From contig NC_043000.1 of NCBI RefSeq assembly GCF_006345805.1, forward strand, positions 156,116,001 through 156,180,000: 64,000 nt of DNA, written 5' to 3'. The notes under the pieces are model-generated. The model did not search any database, had not been told where the DNA came from, and saw nothing but the letters and a program-made list of their open reading frames with translations. Position 1 is the stretch's first letter; each line of letters starts with the position of its first letter. Source of the stretch: Octopus sinensis (lineage: Eukaryota). Below, in pieces: positions 24,801 through 36,243 of this stretch. The translations under genes were made by a program, and so were the position numbers.

Positions 24801-27800
24801 GTTGACGACCGCCTGCCCGTTGACGACCGCCTGCCCGTTGACGACCTTCTGCCCGTTGACGACCTTCTGCTCGTTGACGACCGTCTGTCCGTTGACGACC
24901 GTCTGTCCGTTGACGACCGCCTGCCCGTTGACGACCGCCTGCTCGTTGACGACCGCCTGCTCGTTGACGACCGCCTGCCCGTTGACGACCGCCTGCCCGT
25001 TGACGACCGCCTGCCCGTTGACGACCGCCTGCCGTTGACGACCGCCTGCTCGTTGACGACCGCCTGCTCGTTGACGACCGCCTGCTCGTTGACGACCGCC
25101 TGCTCGTTGACGACCGCCTGCTCGTTGACGACCGCCTGCTCGTTGACGGTCGTCTGCTCGTTGACGGTCTTCTGCCCGTTGACGGTCGTCTGCCCGTTGA
25201 CGGCCGCCTGCTCGTTGATAAGTGGCTGAGTATTCTACAGATTAATATGCTCTTAATGTAATTCCCAAGCGAAATCGGCATCACATTGTGACAAGGCTGT
25301 ATCTTTGAATTTCCTGCGCAACTTATCTAACGGTCTTCTGAACAATTTCCGTCAACCGAATTTCACTCACAAGGCTTGACTGAGTCACTGCAAAGCTATA
25401 GTAAAATAAACTTAATCACTGGTATCGAAACTGGAATCTTGTGATTGCGATGCGTGCTTTTTAATCATTCAGACCTGTTGCGCCTACCGAATGTACATTG
25501 ACACTAAAAGGAGAATTTAAAATTTTTCTGTAACTCATTTGACTCAAGAGGCCCCACTGAAGATATAATCTCTAGAATTATGTATAAAGAATGATTCTGC
25601 TGAGGAGATCTACTCTCTTTCAGCCACTAAATTCAACGGAGTTCGCAATGAGACATGTAAAGCAAGGTGTACTTTACGAGAAACAGACCCAGTTTGTTTA
25701 CCTGGCTCACTGCAAACATTTTATGATGGTGACAACGAATTCAAGATAGCAACTATCACTATTCACTTTCATTTCATGCTTGTTCCTTCGGTAGTAGATA
25801 GTATGTTATGTTGGGCTACACTAGACTGCCCTATCTTTGACAATGTGTGAAAGCGATACGTCAGGTGAATACCCAAGAAATCAATGATCTTCGAGAACAT
25901 TTTTCAATCCAAAAGCATCCATGTATGCATAAATTTTGTGTGTATGTATGTAATTTGTGCATATGCTTGACTTAGCAGAAATATGTATGCAGGAAATTTG
26001 TTTAAACGTGTAAAATGTAAAAAAATATCCCCGAATGTTTATGTACAAGTGTGAAATAATATGAATTACATATGTTAGTAATTTACCTGTACATGTGAAA
26101 TAGTGCAATAATTGTAAGTGATGTTCTTATTGTGCACTTTTCAGTATCTTTATAGCTTTTGTCATCGAAGCGTTTATATTGGAATATACTTTGAGCAAAC
26201 AGCGTAAACGAGAGACGGACATTGAAGTAACCATCAAAGAACTCGGTTATAAAACCGGAGTGTAAGTTCGTTTCACATTTTAATCTCCATTGGAAAACAT
26301 TCCACCTACTGTGTATGATCCAGAGGTAACAAAATTATGTTTGTTTTTTTTATCCCAGGCGCAGAAGTGGCTGTGTGGTAAGTAGCTTGTTTACCAACCA
26401 AATGGTTCTGGGTTCAGTCCCACTGCGTGGCATCTTGGGCAAGTGTCTTCTGCTATAGCCCCGGGCCGACCAATGCCTTGTGAGTGGATTTGGTAGACGG
26501 AAACTGAAAGAAGCCTGTCGTATATATGTATATATATATGTGTGTGTGTATATGTGTTTGTGTGTCTGTGTTTGTACCCCTAGCATTGCTTGACAACCGA
26601 TGCTGGTGTGTTTACGTCTCCGTCACTTAGCGGTTCGGCAAAGAGACCGATAGAATAAGTACTGGGCTTACAAAGAATAAGTCCTGGGGTCGATTTGCTC
26701 GACTAAAGGCGGTGCTCCAGCATGGCCGCAGTCAAATGACTGAAACAAGTAAAAGAGTATCACGTGATAAGAGGCGCGTGGCTTAGTGGTTAGGATGTCA
26801 GCATCATGATCGTAAGATTGTGGTTTCGATTCCTGGACCGAAACCACGCGTTGTGTTCTTGAGCAAAACACTTCATTTCAGGTTGCTCCAGTCCACTCAG
26901 CTGGCAAAAATGAGTAACGCTGCGGTGGACTGGCGTCCTGTCCAGCTGGGGAATACATATGCCACAGAAACCGGGAAACCGGGCCCATGAGCCCGGCTGG
27001 GCTTTAAAAGGGCGCATTTTTTTATTTCCCATATCATAGGCTTTTCACGTTAGATGTGTATCGACAGTAACTTATATGTTAACCATACGACAATACGTGT
27101 TTATTAATGAATAACATGATGTTCTTTGTCACAAAGCAATCCTTATATATATACATATAATGACGTGAGGACGCATGACTTGGTGGTTAGGGTACTGCAC
27201 TTGCAAGATCGTGGTTTCAATTCCTAGAGCAGGTGATGCGCTGTATTCTTGGACAAAACACTTCTGACATGTGGTACTCCGTGCACCTTTTCAGGCAACG
27301 TCGATTTGCTGGAGGGAGTGAGATAATGTACAGCACATGCATCTCATCACTCTAAACAAATCATTTGTGCAAGTCTTTCGGTAAATGCTGAATATTCATA
27401 TGTTGTTTTGGACGGGGGAGTCCATCGTACATGGTGTATTCAAGAGGTAAGAACGTTCCCATAGCTTTCGCAAGTCCTCCAAAATTGGTGAGATTGATAA
27501 AGTTTATACTGAACTCACTCATGTAAGCCCGATGTGTGCAGGAAAAACGCTATGGGAAGATAATTTCAGAAAGCTGGTGTTCTGGAAAGGATAGATCAGT
27601 GAAGACGTTGGACGGCGATACTTTGAAGGGCTGATGAGATGAAGCAAGATGAGCTGACCTGGGTGTAGGTGATATGAAGCTAATTAAGCATCTAGTTACA
27701 ATAGAATAGGCAGAATGAGGATGTTGGACGGCGATACTTTGAAGAGCTGATGAGATGAAGCAAGATGAGCTGACCTGGGTGTAGGTGATATGAAGCTAAT

Positions 27801-30800
27801 TAAGCATCTAGTTACAATAGAATAGGCAGAATGAGGATGTTGGACGGCGATACTTTGAAGAGCTGATGAGATGAAGCAAGATGAGCTGACCTGGGTGTAG
27901 GTGATATGAAGCTAATTAAGCATCTAGTTACAATAGAATAGGCAGAATGAGGATGTTGGACGGCGATACTTTGAAGAGCTGATGAGATGAAGCAAGATGA
28001 GCTGACCTGGGTGTAGGTGATATGAAGCTAATTAAGCATCTAGTTACAATAGAATAGGCAGAATGAGGATGTTGGACGGCGATACTTTGAAGAGCTGATG
28101 AGATGAAGCAAGATGAGCTGACCTGGGTGTAGGTGATATGAAGCTAATTAAGCATCTAGTTACAATAGAATAGGCAGAATGAGGATTTGTGCCTAAATAC
28201 GAAAGGTTGCACTGTACTGAGCGAGTAGTTGCCAATCATTTGAATGATCTTTGGATTCGGTCTCGGCTGTGTGTGTAGCATGCAGCCGCGTAGCGTATGT
28301 AGGAGTTCTGATGCAGTGTGGGTTTTGAGATTTGTAGATAATCAACGTTTGAGCAGGACTACTGTATTTTATGGCCTTCAAGTGAAAAGGTTGTCTTTGG
28401 AGAGCATTTTGAGGGTTACCAGAAAAAAAATCTCAGAATTAGTGAGACCTAACATTTGTTTTAGTTGCATGTTGTTCCTACTAGAGAGGTTAATGTACAA
28501 GATTATTTCCTTGATAGTTGTAGGGATTGAGCCTTTCTCCTGTTGAGAGAGACAAGATTATCATCTCCTTATTGGAGAATGTTGTATGTTATAAATCGTA
28601 ATAAAATTCTGATCTACAATATTCAACACAATAAAATACTAAATGCTTAATATATTTCATATTTTTTACTATTTAGTTAGTTCATAAAAAATGCAAGATT
28701 ACGTTTGTATGGAGATTCGATGACCACGTATCGGAACCATATATCGTTGCTATTATGTTAAACTGTCGTATGTCCAAATTTGGCCAAATGCATTTTTTTC
28801 AATATTTATCTTTGCTTACAATAGCCAGTTCTTTCGGCCAAACTATTGTATCTCCAGCTGGTTCAGATGCCAAGATATCGAAAATTGTCGAAGTGCAGTA
28901 CAACGGTTTTGCTATGGAATGGTGAAACTATTTTTCGTTTTCCGAAAAAAGGAACATTTTGGACTTACAACAGCATAATAGCAACGATATGAATAGTTTC
29001 TTTCGTTAGACGATAGCACAAAATATATGAATGAATTATTTCTTAATTACAGTTAAACGATGTTTAATATAAATTAGGAAACCATTAAGAATTTTAAATA
29101 ATGTATGACAGTTTTTTATTTGATATTTCCCAGAAGCCAAATTATCTTACATAAAATAATTATAGTAATTACTATTTATAAACTTTGATGAATTCACTTC
29201 AAACCAGAAAGTATGTATTTCTCCAGATTAATGTTTAAGAAATAAGATCTCGCGTAAATACCGGTATACAAGATGCGCTTTTTTAAATTCTTAAATGTAA
29301 TAAAAAATTGCCATGCGACTAATGCGACTGTATTTTAGATGGGATGCTAAGTGTATGATGAAACATTAAATTTTTTTTACCACAAAAAAGCAAGGGTTTA
29401 TCTAATGCGAGAGTGCATCTTATGCACCGGCAAATACGGTAATAACATTGTAAAATTGTCTAAGGCAGACAAAAGATCAACGTTCCAATTCACCATTTTG
29501 ACTCGTACCAAATGTACAGATCGAAAATTAAACCATAGATTTCCAATTTTTCCATTTGTTTCGTAAATGTCATGTGATTCTGAGTCAAGGCAACAAATCG
29601 GAAACATTGAACTTTGAACAGTTGTCCAAATAAATCAAGAACCTTGATCTTTGATTACATGTATTGTAATGCAGAATCAGTAACTATCCAGTTAGATTCT
29701 TAGGTTGTACAACATAGTAGAGTTCTATTTAGAACTAAATAAAACCTAGCTTTGTTTCTCATTAGAGATATTGTAATTTGGGTAACTGGCTAGCTGAGAT
29801 GACCTTTACATTTGACTCACGATATTTTCAAACGTTATGGCATCGCAGCCGGACAAATCTCCTAGAGGCATTTCTTCCGACTCTTTACATTCTGAGCTCA
29901 AATCTTGCCATGATCGACTTAGCTTTTCAAATTATTTTAGGATCGACAAAATAAAGTGCTAATCAAGTCTTGGCGTCAATGTAATCGACTTACTCTCTCC
30001 CTAAAATCGTTAATATCAATAAATGAAGGTGTGTGGCTTAGTGGTTAGGGTGTTAGATTCATGATAGTAAGATTGTGGTTTCGATTCCTGGACCAAGCGA
30101 CGCGTTATATTCTTGAGCAAAATACTCCATTTCACGTTGGACTTCTGGTGTTCTGGAAAGGATAGATTAGTGAAGACGTTGGACGGCGATACTTTGAAGA
30201 GCTGATGAGATGAAGCAAGATGAGCTGACCTGGGTGTAGCTGATATGAAACTAATTAGCCATCTAGTTACAATAGAATAGGCAGAACGAGGATTTGTGCC
30301 ATTTCACGTTGCTTCAGTCCACTCAGCTAGTGAAAATGGGTAATTCTACGACGGACCAGTGTCCGTCCAGGTGGAAAATATATACGCTATGGAAACCGGG
30401 AAACGGGCCCTATGAGTGTATATGACTCGGGAAGGAACTTTAATTTTTTAAAACTATTGTTATTAATGCGATGAAAGGCAATATTATTATTGCTAGGAAT
30501 GCAGCACAGACAACAGATGTGATGAGCAAGTCTTCGCCACGATGTCGATGCTTAACAAAAGCAACTTATAAAAGTAGCTTAGTAAACGGTTCTGATATTT
30601 TAAGCGAGATGAGATGAAATATTTGCAACATTTATGCTCTCTTTAAAATTGGACTTCCATGAGGTGAAATAGCTTCAACCGAATACTGAAACCGTTTCGT
30701 TGTCCCAGCTTTGTCTAAAATCTATTCTTTCACTCTCATCAGTTTTCTTTAGATTACATTGTTAGTATAACTTAGCCACCTGATGTTAACTGAACTAGTA

Positions 30801-33800
30801 TAGTACATGATCGTTTAAAAATCATACTTTGGTGTTATTTACTGAAAGTAAATAAACGTTTGTGCCGCACCTACGTCGGTACACTTTTATGAAACACTAA
30901 CCACATGAGAAATAGATCAGTTACTGTATATCACTTACAAGGCCACAGGTGCTTTAGAGTAGGTAAATTCAATCATGAAGTTATTCTAAAACATACAATG
31001 TGATGTTTATAAAGGCGAAATGAGTACGTTGTCGGACTAAGAATAGAACTATAACCTTTTCATAACCTTTTGGATCGTATGGCGCAAGTGAAACGTTATC
31101 TTCATGAGTATGTAGAGAGCAAGTCGACCCTACGGAGCCCGAACCTCTCTGCTGTATGTATTAAACTTGGTAAGTTTAGCTACTTACGGAAGAGTTATCT
31201 CACTTCGCAGTGTGTCCGCTGTGTATTTTCCTATAACACTGACTTCCTAACTTAAAATAGATTGGGCTGGTGAAGTGTGTTGACCACCGATTAACGTACT
31301 GGCGGAGACTAACGTTATGTCGGTACATTCGGAGCTCGGGGAGCTAAGCAGGGGAATTCAGGTAAAAAAAAAAGTCACAGGAGTTTTGTCAGAGGGGTGG
31401 GGGTGGGAGTGTGTTGTCCGGATCCCATAAATTGTGACTTTTTTTCCTTGTGACTTTATTACCGGCCACCATAAATTAATTGTGACTTTTTTTCATAGCC
31501 AAAATTGTGACTTTATTACTGTGACTTTATTACCTGTCACCAAGCAAAAGCAAGGGACACATGAATATCTGATGGGCCGCTGCCTAAAAGAAAAAAAAAA
31601 CAGAAAAAAAATTTCATAACGCCTTTTGAATTTTTTTCTTCTTGGCGTAGATGGAAAAAGCAATCTTGTTTCATCTTGTAAAAATTTCCTTCGGCAGCCC
31701 AGCATCTTGGTCAAAGCACCGTAATTTTATTTTTAAAAAATTCTTTTAAGAAACTTCCAGAGTAAATTGAAACAACTTCTCTTTACAGATATCAACCTTC
31801 GAAGAAGAAAAAACCTTCGAAAAGTTCAGATAAAGAAAGCTTTGCAGATAAGGAGGAAGAAGGCGCTGCATCTGAAAACACGGATTCAGGTTCAGATACA
31901 AACAGCATTGAAGATGTTTCACTACAGAAAGGATTCCGATTTCATTTAAAGAAGCACGGTAAGAAATACTCAACTTTTGCTTCTCTTTCCTTTATTTTCC
32001 TTTTGTTGTTTCTCTCTTTTCCGCTTCCTTTTCCTTTCTTTCTTTCTTTCTTTCTTTCGTTCCTCTACTTTCCTTTCTTTCGGAGATGTTCTTGGCATAT
32101 AATTCTTTAGTTTCTGTTCCCCCATCATTTCCTATTTCTAATCCTTCCTAATTATATTTCAATTTCGCCTCTTATTTTTCTTCGTTTTTTTTTTTTTATT
32201 ATTAGTTAATTTTATTATTAGTTAATTTTTTTTTCTCTCTTCTATTTCCGCCTTTGTTATTTTGATTTCACAGAGTTTCTGTTGTGATCTGTACAGATAG
32301 GGGTACCATTCCATAATTTGCCAAAGTTTAGCGGAAGGGCGGCGTTTTTTTTATTATTATTATTATTATCCAAACCAGCTGTATTTCTCTCTGGTTCCCT
32401 GTCGGATAGGAAACGTTTGTGTGTGTTCGGGTGGTTAACTGAGAGAGAGAGAGAGAGAAAATTACAGTCGATCTGAGATTAGAGTAGGAAGAGATCAAAC
32501 AAGACTGACATGAACAATAAAACGGGAACAGTTGTTATACGTTATTTTGCAAGGATTTTTAGTACATGTTAGTTTTCCTTTTTTGAATTAAAAGTGATGA
32601 GCGGATGGTAGGGGAGGAAATGGGCGATGGCCTGTCTGAATGTGGTAGGGTGGGGTGCAAAGGGCATTCGAAAAGCCAAATTTTCAGTATAAACGAAATC
32701 GACGGGGGTCTACATTTAAGATGAAGATCGCTGGCATGTGTTTTGAAGTCGAATAATAACAATAGTATAAAGAGGCCTTTGTGTCTTAATTTTTAGTTAT
32801 TATTTGTGGTGAAGGAAGTATTTATCTTTTTTTTTTGTGGTGTGTGTGTGTTTGGATGGCAGTCGCTGATAAATGTTATGGTTTTGTTTTCGTAAAATAA
32901 AACGTTTTGAACAGTTTAGCAATCATTCGGTATTAGGTGCCAAATATAATTAGAAAGAACCACCTTTTATCAATTCAAAATGAACAATTAAATTACACCA
33001 TCTAGAAAAATTTTCCCTGTAAGTTAGGATTAATATTCCCTCAAATAATAATAATAATTATATGTATGTATGTATGTATGTATGCATGTATGTATGCATG
33101 TATGCATGCATGCATGCATGCATGCATGCTTGCTCAAGCAGTTTGTGATATAGTGGTTAAGAATGTTAAAAGCATGTGTGAAATAAAGTTCCTTGGTTTC
33201 AACCGTTCGTATGCTTAACACCTGATGGTGAACAGATAAACATTATGCTTTTGTAATAGTAAGAAGAAAACAATTTTTTAAGTCATTCATAGTAGAATGA
33301 GCAGTGCCCACAACCTTTGTATGTTTTTCCTAAACTGGTTTGGATGATATCCAGTTGTGCAGAAATACAGGCAACTGTCTTCAGATACAAAAGAAAAAAA
33401 TCTAGAGACTAAATTTCAAAGAGTTGATGGTTCAAGGAATAATTGAGCTCAGTATTTAAGAAATCTGTGTGATGAGACACAGTATAGTGATGTGATAAGA
33501 TGAAAAGACACAGATCTATCATGTGGACTTGTCTCTCTAATTCAGAGGAGCAGAGGCTTTTGTTTGAAGGGTAGGAAGAGAATGTGTTTGTGATCTATTC
33601 GTCGTAATCTTTAGTGAGTATTTGTCAATCAGTCTTTGACTGTTTCTTAAAAGCGTTCCCTGATGTTCATGTGTGTAACAGGAATACCCACAGTTACAGA
33701 TATGCGAGCATATTCAAACGCAGTTGAGGATCAGTAACTGATCAAAACTGATTGGTGTTTCAGATAGTGTTGGGAATGTTATAAATTCGATGTCTTCAGG

Positions 33801-34520
33801 CAGCGCCGATTTTAGTTGGCATCGTTGTGAAATAACTCTGAATTACAGAAAACACATCAAATCTATATTATAAACGGCAGTGATTGTTGTATTGTGTGTG
33901 CTACAGTGTTGTCTAATACACACATAAATGAAAACAGGCTTCTGAATTCATTGAACTTTGTAAAATTCGAGAGGCACTGTAATATTTCTATACATATTAA
34001 CAGAGATCCTGACTTAGTTGTCCACCTTAATGCGTTTCTAATATTTTTGACGGCATATACGTTATGTGCAGAGTGTCTTGTAGCACAAGACTGTTTCTTA
34101 GGACGTTTTCGAAGCCTCTGCTCATGGTCTCTGTTTAAGGAGTACCAACCACATGGTTCCGGATTCAGTCCCACTGCGTGGCACCTTGGGCAAGTGTCTT
34201 CTACTATAGCTTCGGGCCGACCACAGCCTTGTGAGTGGATTTGGTAGACGGAAACTGAAAGAAGCCCGTCGTATATATGTATGTGTGTATATATGTTTGT
34301 GTGTCTATGTTTGTCCCCCCGACATCGCTTGACAACCGATGCTGGTGTGTTTACGTCCCCGTAACTTAGTGGTTCGGCAAAAGAGACCGACAGAATAAGT
34401 AACAGGCTTCCAAAGAATAAGTCATGGGGACGATTTGCTCGACTAAAGGCCGCAGTCAAATGACTGAAACAAGTAAAGGAGTAAAAGAGAATGTTTGTAT
34501 GTGAAAGGTTATAGAGGTAT

Positions 34521-34614
<94 letters not shown>

Positions 34615-35614
34615 TATGTGTGTATGTATGTAAGTAAAATGAATGATACATGTGTTGTAAAAAGTGAGAGCAGGGTGTTAATATGCAGCATCAAGATGAG
34701 ATGATGGAAACTCGGTGCGCCAAAGTTGTCTGCAGAGTCGGAAAGTTTCCCAGTCAGTAGACAGTGATGGAAGAGTCTAATAGAAAATTTATTTCTCAGA
34801 CAAGAGATAGAATATAACCAAACCGAGCAGAATCGCTTGGAGGTTTTTCATGCCAGACACGATATAAGGCTTTGCCGATGACAAATCAACATCACTTTTG
34901 CTGAAATAGACAATACTGTGAGACAACTGGTGAATAAGGTATAGAAAAGTCTTGGAAGAGTTCAAGCTCAGCTGAAACCCCGGTGATCACCGAGGGAGCA
35001 GAGAATTAAGGTAGTGATGGAAGTGGTTGTTTACAGCAGTTACTATCAATTTTGCGGGGCTGAATGTGCAGGTGATCACCGGTAATTGGTTCAGTGCGAA
35101 GATTTACCTTATGTTGGGAATGGACATATTTGTGTGTTTAGATAAAGCTAAAAGTTTTGAACTATTTCTCTAAGTTCTACAGTAGAAAGATCTGTAACCT
35201 TTTCAAAGGCAGAATCGTTAGAATACTGTACGAAATGTCCTACGCTATAGAGTTACAGTGTTTGGTTTAAAGCCTTATAAAGGTATTTAATAGTGGTTAT
35301 TTGACAAACGTTAATGAAAGCAATTACACTTCTCACCACAAATCATATGGTGTAATATATTAACATATATTAATTATGTCAGTACTAACATATTTAATGT
35401 AATGAACTAAGAAATGTTAATTAAATTTACACCCATAGTCGAGTCGGAAACAACAACAACATAAAAAAAACTCATTACTTTATTTATTTCGGTAATGGAA
35501 GACAGGGGGAGACAAATCAGAAACAAAATTAAAAATAGAAAGCAGTTGATGAGTGAACCTGATCTTTGGCAGAACAATGACAACTTATTAACCTTTCTGT
35601 CAAGATTATTTATA

Positions 35615-35655
<41 letters not shown>

Positions 35656-36116
35656 GCAACCTACACCGCGTGGCGAAAAGTGCAATTAAAAACAATAATC
35701 GCCGTAGGGACAGGCGACAGGCATGGTTTTATATATATGGTTTACCTTTTACTTGTTTCAGTCATTAAATTGTGATCAAGGTGGAGCACCACCTTGATAA
35801 ATTTTTAGTCGAACAAATCGACTCCTCTGCTTATATTTTTAAAGCCTGATACTTATTCTGTTGGTCTCTTCTACCAAACTGCTAAGTTAAGGGAACGGCA
35901 ACACACCAAGACCATTTGTCAAGCGGTGGTGAAGAATTCACACACACACACACACACGTTTTATACATAACATGATTCTTTCCGTTTACCAATTCCACTC
36001 ACAAGCCACACTTGCGCGTATGTATGTATGTATGTATGTATGTATGTATGTATGTATGTAGTATGTATGTATGTATGTATGTATGTAATGTATGTATGTA
36101 TGTATGTATGTATGTA

Positions 36117-36187
<71 letters not shown>

Positions 36188-36190
36188 TGT

Positions 36191-36243
<53 letters not shown>

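Noticed and set aside
24669-25284. VDDRLP / STSRR repeat ORFs as a repetitive protein or extra exon
   Set aside because: An 18-bp stop-free unit explains them; no flanking splice sites, and the channel frame is complete without them.
27607-28186. CTGATGAG in each 116-bp unit as a hammerhead array (retrozyme) or CRISPR-like array
   Set aside because: No stem II or GAAA in register; units are identical with no spacers.
33460-33540. GTGATGA as a C/D snoRNA box C
   Set aside because: No suitably placed box D or terminal stem; it lies within a probable LINE relic.
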